From the NCBI GenBank assembly GCA_043811375.1, contig JBDRNJ010000039.1, positions 1-64,000 of the forward strand: DNA of 64,000 nt. Reading direction: 5' to 3'. The translations under genes and the position numbers were made by a program. Every line of letters starts with the position of its first letter. Within the stretch, counting starts at the first letter, position 1. This DNA comes from a bacterium (lineage in GTDB: Bacteria > Zixibacteria > MSB-5A5 > GN15 > FEB-12). The notes under the pieces are model-generated. The model was not told where the DNA came from. It did no database searches and saw nothing but the letters and a program-made list of their open reading frames with translations. Shown here in pieces: positions 1 through 9,901 of the stretch.

Positions 1-97
1 GGAATAAAGCGTCGAGCGGAAAACATGTGAGTAGTCCTATGACATTGACTCATTGGTTATCCTCGGTATTATTGAAACACAAGAGAGTTGGATCGAT

Positions 98-430
98 ATG
101 GTTGAAAATGGTAGCGTAGTCGCATCCGAGAACAGGATCAAGACGTACAGATGGTTCTTCTATATAAGTCTGTTGCAATTACTGGCGTTCTTCATAGTCC
201 CCGCCTTTGTATTTCCAATCGGATTAGTACTACATATCGAGATTATTTCCGCTCTGACGCTGGGGCTGGTTGTGGCGCTGTTTTTCCTGTTGGTGAACGT
301 GTGTGGTCTCTACATTGATAAAAGTCGGCGGCCACTTTATGTCACAATGCTCATCATTATTGGGTTGTGGTTTCTGTGGGCCGTAATCTCCTGGTCATAC
401 ATAGAACGCATGGACTATCTGCTTCGATAA
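98..430 (+). CDS. Hypothetical small membrane protein (about 3 TM segments)
   Basis: ORF 53..430, with ATG at 98 preferred; three long hydrophobic stretches; no recognised motif. Confidence 0.55.
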   Translation: MVENGSVVASENRIKTYRWFFYISLLQLLAFFIVPAFVFPIGLVLHIEIISALTLGLVVALFFLLVNVCGLYIDKSRRPLYVTMLIIIGLWFLWAVISWSYIERMDYLLR

Positions 431-533
431 GGTGAATGAGAGTATTCGACTATTAGCGAATCAGCAGAATTCTTGTCTTTTGGTTGTCCGCCCGTTATAC
501 TTTTTATCAATGCGTATAAGGAAAGAGATACCG

Positions 534-1058
534 ATGCGTACTTTGCTGATAGTAGCATTCTGGATGAGCCAGATGACGGGTATCTTTGCTGAAACACACG
601 CCCACGCAACTCCAGACTGCTTCACCCGCCTTGCGCAAGAAGCCCGTGTTGCCGATTCGGTGACCGTGCATACTGATGACAGCACCTTTGTCGGTGGCAG
701 CCGGCCGATCGTCAATTTCACTTTTTCGATTTTGCATATCAGAAGCGTGACTGACTCCGGAATCGCAAGTAGTGCTGCAATTCCTTTTGAGAAGATCAAC
801 CGAATCACTTATCGCAAGCCAAGCCGTGCCCGGGGGATCATAACTTTATTTGGATTTGGGGTAGGCTCTGTTGCAGGGGTAGTGACGGTAGTGGCGCTGG
901 CGGATAAAGGCGCCAGTTCTTTTGATTTCAAGTCCTGGGATTTCGACTTAATTGGAGTTGCTTTTTTCGGCGGTATAATCGGTGGTCTAATTGGTGCCGC
1001 AGGCGGAAACGCGATAGGTAAGAGCTTCACCGTAAAGGTGACGCTGGAATGCAGATAG
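534..1058 (+). CDS. Hypothetical secreted/membrane protein with C-terminal glycine-zipper-like TM segments
   Basis: ATG 534 gives a signal-like N-terminus (MRTLLIVAFW); C-terminal FFGGIIGGLIGAAGGNAIG. Confidence 0.55.
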   Translation: MRTLLIVAFWMSQMTGIFAETHAHATPDCFTRLAQEARVADSVTVHTDDSTFVGGSRPIVNFTFSILHIRSVTDSGIASSAAIPFEKINRITYRKPSRARGIITLFGFGVGSVAGVVTVVALADKGASSFDFKSWDFDLIGVAFFGGIIGGLIGAAGGNAIGKSFTVKVTLECR

Positions 1059-1119
1059 TTCAGTAGGTCATCCCCACTCAGGGCTTGACATTCACATCGT
1101 AACTGTGTTCTCTAAGAGA

Positions 1120-2991
1120 ATGAAGTATAGAGACTTCGACATAATCGTTGTCGGTGGTGGGCATGCCGGTGTCGAGGCCGCACTGGTGGCTGCCAGAATG
1201 GGCAAAACGGCTGCCATTGTGACATTGGACGCCTCCAAATTGGCCATGATGTCCTGCAACCCGGCTGTGGGTGGTACTGGTAAGTCACATCTGGTCAAAG
1301 AGATAGACGCCCTCGGCGGTTTGATTGGGATGGCTGCTGATGCGACTGGTATTCAGTTTCGACGGCTCAATCTGTCGCGCGGACCGGCTGTATGGTCGAC
1401 CAGGATTCAGGCGGACCGGCTTGAGTATAATCGGTTTGTCGTTGATTTTGTAGCTAAGCAAAGCGCAGTAACGGTGATCGAAGGTCAGGCGGCAGCGATA
1501 ATTGCGGATCGTGGCAAGTTGACCGGTATTCGGCTGGAGGATGGCCGGGAGATATCAGCGGGCGCAGTGGTGCTGGCCACCGGGACTTTCCTCGGCGGAC
1601 TTATTCATATAGGACAGAAGAAGATCCGTTCCGGCCGTATGGGAGAGGATGGCGCCTACCGACTCACCTCCTCTCTGCGGGACCTGGGGTTTGAGGTCGG
1701 ACGTCTCAAGACAGGTACCCCGCCACGACTTGACGGTGATACCATTGATTGGTCACGATGCCGGAAGCAATTGGGGGAAGAACCGATCCCACTGTTTTCT
1801 TTTCGCAGTCAAAGAAGGAAGTTTCGACAAGCTGTCTGCCACCTGACCTATACTACCGAGCAGACCAAAGAGATCATTTCCCGGAACTTTCAGTTATCAC
1901 CCATCTTTTCGGGGCAGATCCAATCAGTGGGGCCCCGGTATTGCCCCTCGATAGAGGATAAGTTTCATCGCTTTGCCGACAAAGACCGCCACCAGATTTT
2001 TCTTGAACCGGAAGGTAACGGCACCAGCGAAATATACCCCAACGGATTTGCAACAGCTTTGCCGGAGAAAATCCAGGCCGAGGCTATACGCACGGTTGAA
2101 GGATTGGAAGATGTACGAATCACCCAACCCGGCTATGCTATCGAATATGACTACTGCCCTGCTCACCAGGTAAAGCCATCGCTTGAAAGCAGGCGGCTGG
2201 CGGGGCTGTTCTTAGCGGGCCAGATCAACGGAACCTCGGGGTACGAAGAAGCCGCCGGACAAGGACTTATGGCCGGAATAAACGCCGTCCTGTATCTCGA
2301 GGAGCAACCACCACTGGTGCTGGACCGGTCAGAAGCATATATCGGTGTTATGATCGATGATCTGACTACCCGTTCGACCACCGAGCCATACCGCTTGTTT
2401 ACCTCGCGGGCCGAATACCGCCTGGCTCTTCGTGAGGACAACGCCCGCGATCGTCTGAACGACTATGCCGCTCGGTATGGCCTGGTCGAGAGAGCAGAAC
2501 TTGATCGTTTCCAGAGATTGCAACAGCAGACAAACCGATTGATCGAGGTTTTACGCAAGACCAGGATCAAGGTGTCGGCATTGGAGCATCTGCCGACCAA
2601 ATTCAAGAAAGCAGAGAGCATCAGCCTGGAACACTTACTCAAACAACCGGGAATTTCGATGGATTCTGTAATACCTCTGCTGGCCGATGCTGATACCGAA
2701 TTGACGGCAGACGACGAAGCCCTCCGGAGGGCTGCTATCGTGATCAGATACCGGGGCTATATAGATAAGCAGGAGCGGGAGATTGAAAAATTCAAGAAAC
2801 TGGAAAAAGAAACTATCCCGGAGGACTTTCAATTTGAAATGCTCCGAGGGCTGAAACATGAAGCTATAGAGAAACTTACGCGATTCCGACCGTCTTCTCT
2901 CGGTCAGGCCGGTCGTATCGAAGGCGTTACACCGGGCGACGTGGCGGCGCTTTCTGTACATTTAAGAAAGCACAAGGCTCTGTCGGATTGA
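1120..2991 (+). CDS. mnmG: tRNA uridine-5-carboxymethylaminomethyl(34) synthesis enzyme MnmG (GidA)
   Basis: DIIVVGGGHAG FAD motif, MSCNPAVGG, RLKTGTPPR, GPRYCPSIEDK, AGQINGTSGYEEAAGQG, EPYRLFTSRAEYRL. Confidence 0.98.
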   Translation: MKYRDFDIIVVGGGHAGVEAALVAARMGKTAAIVTLDASKLAMMSCNPAVGGTGKSHLVKEIDALGGLIGMAADATGIQFRRLNLSRGPAVWSTRIQADRLEYNRFVVDFVAKQSAVTVIEGQAAAIIADRGKLTGIRLEDGREISAGAVVLATGTFLGGLIHIGQKKIRSGRMGEDGAYRLTSSLRDLGFEVGRLKTGTPPRLDGDTIDWSRCRKQLGEEPIPLFSFRSQRRKFRQAVCHLTYTTEQTKEIISRNFQLSPIFSGQIQSVGPRYCPSIEDKFHRFADKDRHQIFLEPEGNGTSEIYPNGFATALPEKIQAEAIRTVEGLEDVRITQPGYAIEYDYCPAHQVKPSLESRRLAGLFLAGQINGTSGYEEAAGQGLMAGINAVLYLEEQPPLVLDRSEAYIGVMIDDLTTRSTTEPYRLFTSRAEYRLALREDNARDRLNDYAARYGLVERAELDRFQRLQQQTNRLIEVLRKTRIKVSALEHLPTKFKKAESISLEHLLKQPGISMDSVIPLLADADTELTADDEALRRAAIVIRYRGYIDKQEREIEKFKKLEKETIPEDFQFEMLRGLKHEAIEKLTRFRPSSLGQAGRIEGVTPGDVAALSVHLRKHKALSD

Positions 2992-3039
2992 ACTTGATGT
3001 TTGGAGCTACAGAGATGCCGGAACAAAAGAATCAGAAAA

Positions 3040-3666
3040 ATGAATAACGATCTCCATCCGATAATCTGCGACCCGGTTGAGTTGCTTAAAAAGTATGATC
3101 CGGACGGCAGGCTGGATCAATACTACCAACTGTTGCTGCAAGAGAACCAACGGGTCAATCTTGTTTCACGTGAAACAGTCAAAACTGGCCTTATTGAACT
3201 CAGGAAGTTAGCGGCACAATCGTTATTACCTCTTGAAAAGGTTGTCCCCGCCAAAATCGTCAACTATCTTGACATCGGCTCCGGCGGAGGATTCCCGGCT
3301 ATACCCATTCTTCTGACGCATCCAGCCATTTTGTCTTGCCGGCTGGTGGAAAGAACCCAGAAAAAAGCTGCGGCCCTTAGCAGGATTGTGTCCGGCCTTG
3401 ATCTCAACGCCTTGGTAATCAGCGATAATTTCGAAGACCTCTCACTGAAGCCTATTTATGACCTGGTCACACTCAGGCTTGTCAAGCTGACCCCGAAATT
3501 GCTTCGACGTATCCTCACTGTTCTCACTCCGGAAGGTTGTCTGATATATTACTCTGTGCCCGGTTTCGAAATCAAAGCGACTCGAGCATACGCCAAAGTT
3601 TTCCATCATACGACATCCGACGGTAAGTCATCCGGCAGATTCAGCCTGATCAGTAAATGTCAGTAA
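3040..3666 (+). CDS. rsmG: 16S rRNA (guanine-N7)-methyltransferase RsmG (GidB)
   Basis: NLVS, LDIGSGGGFPAI SAM motif, VERTQKK; position between mnmG and parA. Confidence 0.92.
   Translation: MNNDLHPIICDPVELLKKYDPDGRLDQYYQLLLQENQRVNLVSRETVKTGLIELRKLAAQSLLPLEKVVPAKIVNYLDIGSGGGFPAIPILLTHPAILSCRLVERTQKKAAALSRIVSGLDLNALVISDNFEDLSLKPIYDLVTLRLVKLTPKLLRRILTVLTPEGCLIYYSVPGFEIKATRAYAKVFHHTTSDGKSSGRFSLISKCQ
3162..3177. promoter_or_regulatory. parS: parS centromere-like site (ParB loading), inside rsmG
   Basis: Exact 16-bp palindrome TGTTTCACGTGAAACA, the canonical parS consensus, about 0.6 kb upstream of parA. Confidence 0.93.
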
Positions 3667-3750
3667 AGTCGGCTTTTTTTGTTGCCACAATACTGCTTTC
3701 ACCGTAAAATCAAACAAGTATAAACGGATACAGTAAACAAGGAGTGTTTG

Positions 3751-4509
3751 ATGGCTAAAATCATTGCCATTGCCAATCAGAAGGGGGGGGTCGGTAAAAC
3801 CACTACTGCCGTCAACCTGGCCTCCTGTCTGGCTGCCGCCGAACACCGCACCTGCCTGATCGACCTGGACCCCCAGGCCAATTCCACCAGCGGTCTGGGA
3901 GTGGATAAGAATAAAATCGAAATATCGGTCTATGAAGTCCTGATTGGTTCAGCGTCTCTCCGGCAGGTGGTCCGGCCGACCGAGTTACAGTACCTCAGCC
4001 TGGTGCCGTCATCGATCTCACTGGTGGGAGCCGAAGTTGAGTTGGTGAGTATGCTCTCGCGTGAGACACGGTTGCAGTCGGCGATGGCCGAGTTCATTGA
4101 TGATTACACTTACATTATCGTCGATTGTCCGCCGTCATTGGGCCTGTTGACAATAAACGCTCTGACGGCCGCCGGTTCGGTAATCATTCCCATTCAATGT
4201 GAGTACTACGCCCTGGAGGGGTTGGGACAACTGATGAACACCGTCAAGCTGGTGCAACAACACCTGAACCCGGGGCTTAAAATCGAAGGCATCCTGCTGA
4301 CCATGTTCGACGGTCGCTTGAATCTTTCACGACAGGTTTCCAGCGAAGTTCGACGGCATTTTGACGGCAAGGTTTACAACACGGTAATTCCGCGCAACGT
4401 GAGTCTGTCGGAAGCGCCGTCGTTCGGCAAACCGATAATCCTTTATGACATACTGTCGGCCGGGGCCGAGAACTATATGTCCTTCACACAGGAGGTAGTG
4501 TCGCGATGA
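3751..4509 (+). CDS. parA: Chromosome partitioning ATPase ParA/Soj
   Basis: NQKGGVGKTT deviant Walker A, DLDPQAN, DCPPSLG, QCEYYALEG, EAPSFGKP; RBS AAGGAG upstream. Confidence 0.97.
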   Translation: MAKIIAIANQKGGVGKTTTAVNLASCLAAAEHRTCLIDLDPQANSTSGLGVDKNKIEISVYEVLIGSASLRQVVRPTELQYLSLVPSSISLVGAEVELVSMLSRETRLQSAMAEFIDDYTYIIVDCPPSLGLLTINALTAAGSVIIPIQCEYYALEGLGQLMNTVKLVQQHLNPGLKIEGILLTMFDGRLNLSRQVSSEVRRHFDGKVYNTVIPRNVSLSEAPSFGKPIILYDILSAGAENYMSFTQEVVSR

Positions 4510-5354
4510 GTAAGGTCGTACTGGGTAAAGGGATTGAAGCGTTGATCCCCGGCGACAACAAGACAACCGCCGATACCGGCCGTTATCGAATGGTACCGGT
4601 CGACCGGATCGCTCCCAACCCGCTGCAACCGCGCCGTCATTTCGACGAGACCGGTTTGCTGCAACTGGCGGAATCTTTCCGGCACCATGGTATCATTCAA
4701 CCATTGCTGGTTCGTTCGGGTGAAGACGGCTTCGTTATCATCGCCGGTGAGAGACGTCTGCGCGCCGCCCGTCTTGCCGGTATGACGGAGGTTCCGGTGG
4801 TGATGGAAGACGACGTGGACGAGACGCGGATGCTGGAACTGGCGCTGGTGGAAAACCTCCAGCGTGAGGATCTAAACCCGTTGGAGGCGGCGACAGCATA
4901 CCGGGAGTTGATCGAACGATGCGGCTTGACACAACAGCAACTGTCTGAAAGAGTCGGCAAGAGCCGCACCGCCGTTACCAACGTGCTGCGATTGCTGGGT
5001 CTGCCGGAGCCAATCAAGCAGATGATCCGGGAAGGTCGGCTCAGTGAAGGCCACGCCCGCGCTATCCTTACCGCCGGCAGCGAGGCACAGATGCTGGCCC
5101 TGGCCCGGAGAGCTGTCAGGGAAACGCTGTCCGTGCGCGATGTCGAAAAACAGGCTTCTCGTCGGCAACAGCCCGGTCGTTCGCGCCGACGCGTTGACCC
5201 GGCCTTTGCGGAAACCGAGACATATCTCAAGCAGTTGTTCGGTACCTCTGTCAGGATATATCGCGGCCGCAAGAAGGGCCGTATCGAGATTGAGTATTAC
5301 GGCGATAGTGACCTCGACCGTCTGCTGGGACTGTTCCGGAAGATAAGTCAGTGA
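4506..5354 (+). CDS. parB: Chromosome partitioning protein ParB/Spo0J
   Basis: LGKGIEALI, PNPLQPR, IIAGERRLRA CTP motif, ENLQREDLNPLE, HTH region; ATGA overlap with parA. Confidence 0.97.
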   Translation: MSKVVLGKGIEALIPGDNKTTADTGRYRMVPVDRIAPNPLQPRRHFDETGLLQLAESFRHHGIIQPLLVRSGEDGFVIIAGERRLRAARLAGMTEVPVVMEDDVDETRMLELALVENLQREDLNPLEAATAYRELIERCGLTQQQLSERVGKSRTAVTNVLRLLGLPEPIKQMIREGRLSEGHARAILTAGSEAQMLALARRAVRETLSVRDVEKQASRRQQPGRSRRRVDPAFAETETYLKQLFGTSVRIYRGRKKGRIEIEYYGDSDLDRLLGLFRKISQ

Positions 5355-5366
5355 AGCCGAACCTCT

Positions 5367-5441
5367 GGGTGGCATCCCCAAACTTGTTTGGGCATAAAAG
5401 AATAGCAGTAGCGCCCCCAAACGAGTTTGAGGGCGCCACCC
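5367..5441. repeat. REP-like paired palindrome (family A)
   Basis: GGGTGGCATCCCCAAACTTGTTTGGG...CCCCCAAACGAGTTTGAGGGCGCCACCC; related half-unit at 27999-28024. Confidence 0.6.
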
Positions 5442-5548
5442 GTCGCTTTTGGGGGAGGCCAAGGCGAAAGTAGAAGCGCTCATTGAAGGAACAGGTTGTT
5501 AACACATAATTGGCAGGTCTCGAATAGACCTGCCCTACAAGAGACTGT

Positions 5549-6322
5549 ATGAAACAACCAAAGTTTGTGACGATAATGCTGATACCGGACGGCGCCGATG
5601 CCAGGTGGGGATTTCGTATCAGGAAGTGGCTGTTGCAGGCGATTGTCATCCTGATGGTCGTCATAATAGTTGGCATCATCGTGTTTTTTTCCGTATACGG
5701 TAAAATACTGGCCCGGGCTGCCCGGGCGGAAAAACTAAGTGAAGAAAACCAACGCTTGTTGCGTTATCAGTATAAGGTAATGTTGCTGGAAGAAAATCTC
5801 AAGGATGCTCGGGAAATTGTCGGCCGCTTGACCGAACTGGCCGGAATTGACTACCAGTTTCCCGAACTGCCGGACGACTCGGCTCTTTTTGCATCGTTTG
5901 AGGAAAAACGGGGCGCCACTATGGTACGCCCGGCCGGGCTGGATCTCTCTTTTCCATCGGGTCTGCCGGCACAGGGTTTTATCAGCCAGGATTTCGAGGT
6001 CGAAAATCAGGAGCGTTACCATCCCGGGGTGGATATCGCCTGCGCCGAAGGCACACCGGTGCTGGCCACTGCCAATGGTGTGGTGGAACAGGCCATTTCG
6101 GACTCCATTTATGGATTGATGATCGTTCTGCGGCATTCCGACAGCACCACCACGCTTTACGGCCACAACCGGGAGCTTTTAGCAAAGGAGCAGCAGGAAG
6201 TGATGGCTGGGAGCCGAATCGCTCTTTCGGGCAACACCGGCCAGTCAACCGCGCCGCACCTGCATTATGAAGTCAGAATTCACGATAAACCTATAGATCC
6301 ATTGGGTGAAAAAAATGATTAA
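5549..6322 (+). CDS. M23 family metallo-endopeptidase with N-terminal TM and coiled coil
   Basis: HPGVD (HxxxD), YGH, STAPHLHYE (HxH) motifs. Confidence 0.92.
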   Translation: MKQPKFVTIMLIPDGADARWGFRIRKWLLQAIVILMVVIIVGIIVFFSVYGKILARAARAEKLSEENQRLLRYQYKVMLLEENLKDAREIVGRLTELAGIDYQFPELPDDSALFASFEEKRGATMVRPAGLDLSFPSGLPAQGFISQDFEVENQERYHPGVDIACAEGTPVLATANGVVEQAISDSIYGLMIVLRHSDSTTTLYGHNRELLAKEQQEVMAGSRIALSGNTGQSTAPHLHYEVRIHDKPIDPLGEKND

Positions 6323-6743
6323 GAAAACAAACTCAGATGAGGCAGGTGGTCTTATGAACACCATTGTTGGCAAAGACACAGTTATCACCGGTACTATCGA
6401 TGTCAAGGGAGCGCTGCGCGTCGACGGCACGGTCAAGGGCAAAATTATTTCCTCCGACTGCGTCACAGTCGGCGCGGGTGGTCTGGTGGAAGCAGAAGTT
6501 GAGGCGGACTCGGCAGTTGTAGCCGGACACATGGTCGGCGACATCAAAACTACCCAGAAAATCGAACTCCAGGCGAAGTGCGAAATGGAAGGTGACCTGA
6601 AAACGAAGTCGCTGATCATAGAACAGGGAGCCGTCTTCTGCGGCGCCTGCAATATGAAGGACACCAAACCTAATCTGGGTTTTTTGCCCCCGGATCCTCC
6701 GAAGAAAAAAGAACCGGTCGGCGAATTGAAAAATTCCGGCTGA
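6315..6743 (+). CDS. Bactofilin (polymer-forming cytoskeletal protein)
   Basis: TIVGKDTVITGTI..LRVDG.VKG beta-helix repeats, IEQGAVFCG; typical position after an M23 gene. Confidence 0.92.
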   Translation: MIKKTNSDEAGGLMNTIVGKDTVITGTIDVKGALRVDGTVKGKIISSDCVTVGAGGLVEAEVEADSAVVAGHMVGDIKTTQKIELQAKCEMEGDLKTKSLIIEQGAVFCGACNMKDTKPNLGFLPPDPPKKKEPVGELKNSG

Positions 6744-6762
6744 TTGACACCAATCAGCAGTG

Positions 6763-6883
6763 TGTGGACAGGGTTCATTAATTGTGGACAACCTCGTATC
6801 CTGTTGTTTCGCAATGGAATAATGTATTCCCGGTGTGAAATCAAGGTACCAGTTGTCCACATTAACGGTTCTTTCTAATTCTG
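6763..6883. other. Candidate replication origin oriC (DnaA boxes + DnaA-trio-like tract)
   Basis: TGTGGACAG 6763-6771, TGTGGACAA 6783-6791, TTGTCCACA 6853-6861, then CGG and five xTx triplets (TTC TTT CTA ATT CTG, 6869-6883) in a ~420-bp AT-richer intergenic gap close to parS/parAB/mnmG. Confidence 0.6.
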
Positions 6884-7163
6884 TGTCATTATTCGAGTTA
6901 TGGCTTAATTGTCAAGCTCGGAATCAGCGAATCGGAGTATAAGGTGAAGATAACTGGAGTTGCAGTTGTTCAACACATCGGTAGCTGATAATGCTTCAAC
7001 TCCACCCTGATAGTGATGGTTTGAGTAGAAAACGATCGATAACAGATACCTGAATGAATTACACCGCACACGCCGATCGTTGTCGAGTACCAAAAACCAC
7101 TCTGCCGGTTCGGGTCTCGATCAGACGTTTCGTGCAAACACTTTTTTCAACCTGGAGGACATT

Positions 7164-8171
7164 GTGTCTGGAGACGGAAGAAAAGACGATCTGGCCGCCC
7201 TTGAGACCCTCAACGCGGCTCACAATCGAATAAAAGCCGAGATTGCCAAAGTAATAGTCGGGCAGGATCAGGTGATCGAGCAGTTGTTGATCGCGTTGTT
7301 CTCGGCCGGACACTGCCTGCTGGTTGGTGTTCCCGGTCTGGCCAAAACGCTGCTTATCTCAACGTTGTCCCGGGTGCTCAATCTTAAATTTTGCCGTATC
7401 CAGTTCACTCCCGATCTGATGCCCTCCGACATCACCGGCACGGAAATTATCGAAGATGATCACACTACCGGCAAACGTGGCTTCCGTTTTGTCAAGGGAC
7501 CGGTGTTTGCCAATATCATCCTGGCTGACGAGATCAACCGCACGCCGCCGAAAACGCAGGCGGCCCTGTTGCAGGCAATGCAGGAACACGAAGTCACCGC
7601 CGCCGGTGAGACGTACAAACTGGACGAACCGTTTTTTGTGCTGGCCACGCAAAACCCGATCGAGCAGGAAGGCACCTATCCGCTGCCGGAAGCCCAGCTT
7701 GACCGCTTCATGTTCAACATCTATGTCGATTATCCAACCGACGTTCAGGAACGAGAGATTGTCAAATCCACTACCGCCGTGACATCGTATGATCTCCAGC
7801 GGGTGCTGTCGGCTCAAGACATCATCGGGTTCCAGCAACTGGTGCGACGGGTGCCGGTTTCGGATCACCTGGTGGAATATGCCGTCGACCTGGTGCGTGC
7901 CACGCGACCGTCGGAACCCGGTGTTCCCGATTTCGTACGTAACTGGGTTAACTGGGGAGCCGGTCCGCGCGCCTCGCAGTACCTGATATTGGCCGCCAAA
8001 ACGAAAGCTATTCTGGAGGGTCGACCTACTCCGGGACCTGAAGATATCCGTTTCGCGGCCTACCCGGTGTTGCGTCACCGCATCGTTACATCGTTTAACG
8101 CCGAGGCCGACGGTGTCGACACGATGGAGATCATCAAGCGGCTGCTGGAGATGGTGAAGGAGAAGGGGTAG
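7164..8171 (+). CDS. MoxR family AAA+ ATPase
   Basis: GVPGLAKT Walker A, RIQFTPDLMPSD, ILADEINR, ATQNPIEQEGTYPLPEAQLDRF; GTG start 7164 after GGAGGA (ORF is open from 7080). Confidence 0.95.
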   Translation: MSGDGRKDDLAALETLNAAHNRIKAEIAKVIVGQDQVIEQLLIALFSAGHCLLVGVPGLAKTLLISTLSRVLNLKFCRIQFTPDLMPSDITGTEIIEDDHTTGKRGFRFVKGPVFANIILADEINRTPPKTQAALLQAMQEHEVTAAGETYKLDEPFFVLATQNPIEQEGTYPLPEAQLDRFMFNIYVDYPTDVQEREIVKSTTAVTSYDLQRVLSAQDIIGFQQLVRRVPVSDHLVEYAVDLVRATRPSEPGVPDFVRNWVNWGAGPRASQYLILAAKTKAILEGRPTPGPEDIRFAAYPVLRHRIVTSFNAEADGVDTMEIIKRLLEMVKEKG

Positions 8172-8270
8172 AACCCAGCCCGATAATGTTAATGCGGGTT
8201 AAGTCCCTTGCGGAACTGACAATAACGGTAGACACGAATGTCAAGAGCACCAGGCTCATGACTTGCAGAA

Positions 8271-9320
8271 ATGCAGCACACATACATGACGGTAAGATTA
8301 TGCATGACAGTTTTGTTGTTGATAGCGTTAACATTTGCTACGAACGGCAGCATCACAATGGCGGGTGACTCGCAACCATTCGGGCTGGTTATGCATGGCG
8401 GCGCGGGGACAATCACGCGCGCCAACATGACTCCCGAAATGGAACAGGCCTACCGCGTCAAACTGACCGAGGTCCTGCAGACCGGTTACGATATTCTCGC
8501 CAACGGCGGCACTGCTCTTGATGCCGTGCAGAAAACGATCAACATTATGGAGGACTCACCACTGTTCAATGCCGGTAAAGGCTCGGTGTACACGCACGAC
8601 GGTGAGCATGAAATGGATGCCTCGATTATGGACGGCCGCAAGCTCAACGCCGGCGCGGTGGCGGCGGTGCGCAACGTCAAGAACCCGATTGACCTGGCCC
8701 GGCTGGTGATGGAGAAATCAAAGCACGTGCTGCTGGCCGGACGCGGCGCCGGAGCGTTCGCCGAGATGCACGGTCTGACGGTCATGCCCGACGAATACTT
8801 CCACACCGAACGGCGACTAAAACAGTTACAGAAAGCGATTGAGAAAGAAAAAGCTGAACAACCCCAAGGCAACACTGACAACAAAGACGAACTGGGCGAC
8901 CTGACCATCGGCACCGTCGGTGTGGCGGCGCTGGACAAAGCGGGCAACCTGGCGGCGGGTACCTCAACCGGCGGCATGACGAATAAACGGTTCGGCCGGG
9001 TGGGAGACTCGCCGATCATTGGCGCCGGCACCTATGCCAACAACAAGAGCTGTGCCGTCTCAGCGACCGGCCACGGCGAATACCTTATGCGCGGCGTGGT
9101 AGCGTACGACGTGTCGGCCATGATGGAATGCCGGGGGATGACAGTGCAGCAGGCGGTCGACACCGTGATACAACATAAGCTGACCGAATTGGGGGGTACC
9201 GGCGGTGTGGTGGCGATGGACAGTAAAGGCAATTTCGCCTGGTCGTTCAACACTGAGGGGATGTATCGAGGACACTTCGTGTCCGGTGGTGAAATGGTAG
9301 TGAAGATATATGAAGAGTAG
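8271..9320 (+). CDS. iaaA: Isoaspartyl peptidase / plant-type L-asparaginase (Ntn hydrolase) with signal peptide
   Basis: HGGAG, FNAGKG, EMDASIMDG, GTVG nucleophile Thr, TSTGG, GRVGDSPIIGAG; exact start uncertain. Confidence 0.92.
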   Translation: MQHTYMTVRLCMTVLLLIALTFATNGSITMAGDSQPFGLVMHGGAGTITRANMTPEMEQAYRVKLTEVLQTGYDILANGGTALDAVQKTINIMEDSPLFNAGKGSVYTHDGEHEMDASIMDGRKLNAGAVAAVRNVKNPIDLARLVMEKSKHVLLAGRGAGAFAEMHGLTVMPDEYFHTERRLKQLQKAIEKEKAEQPQGNTDNKDELGDLTIGTVGVAALDKAGNLAAGTSTGGMTNKRFGRVGDSPIIGAGTYANNKSCAVSATGHGEYLMRGVVAYDVSAMMECRGMTVQQAVDTVIQHKLTELGGTGGVVAMDSKGNFAWSFNTEGMYRGHFVSGGEMVVKIYEE

Positions 9321-9336
9321 TGACGACGTTCAAGAC

Positions 9337-9364
9337 GGGGCAGATGAGGACATCTGCCGCCCAC
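9337..9364. repeat. REP-like palindrome family B (GGCAGATGWGGACATCTGCC), copy 1
   Basis: GGGGCAGATGAGGACATCTGCCGCCCAC; other copies at 18029-18050, 22860-22881 and (inverted) 62771-62798. Confidence 0.8.
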
Positions 9365-9468
9365 AAAATACTGTGCTTACTAATGTCATTCCCGTGAAAG
9401 CGGGAATCCAGAAAGCGGGGAACACCAACGCGGGGCGTCACAGTGACGTTGTTGAGCCGGCGGTAGGC

Positions 9469-9870
9469 TTGAAGTGCTACTTCTTGCTGGCCGTGGCATT
9501 CTCCATAACTCTCTGTCTTTCTTGTAGTGCCAAGGGTACTCTCGTCATGTATGACGGTGAACGGAAACCACCAAGCCGGGTAGCGACTATCGACATAAGT
9601 GCGCAGCATGTTTTCGTGATGCGTGTGGATACGCTCTCCAGACGATATGAGGCGTTACGTGAGAAGTATGTGGAAATCCTCCCGGGCCCGCATATCCTTG
9701 AAGTTACCTACCGTTCTAAGAAAGGAACGTCAGATTCACCAATGCCTCTGGAGTTCTCCGCAAGAGCCGGGCACACATATGAGGTGAAGGCAAAGACTAG
9801 AAGCGGCCGGTGGAGTGCATGGATTATGGATTTGGCCGACAGTTCGATAGTGGCTGGCCACCGCTACTAA
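9469..9870 (+). CDS. Hypothetical lipoprotein
   Basis: TTG 9469 gives MKCYFLLAVAFSITLCLSC lipobox-like signal; the upstream part of ORF 9310 is made of REP palindromes. Confidence 0.55.
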   Translation: MKCYFLLAVAFSITLCLSCSAKGTLVMYDGERKPPSRVATIDISAQHVFVMRVDTLSRRYEALREKYVEILPGPHILEVTYRSKKGTSDSPMPLEFSARAGHTYEVKAKTRSGRWSAWIMDLADSSIVAGHRY

Positions 9871-9901
9871 GCCGACCTGGAACTGAACGAAAGTGCGTTG
9901 A

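Noticed and set aside
9310..9468. N-terminal extension of the lipoprotein ORF
   Set aside because: Composed of REP palindromes; the signal peptide begins at TTG 9469
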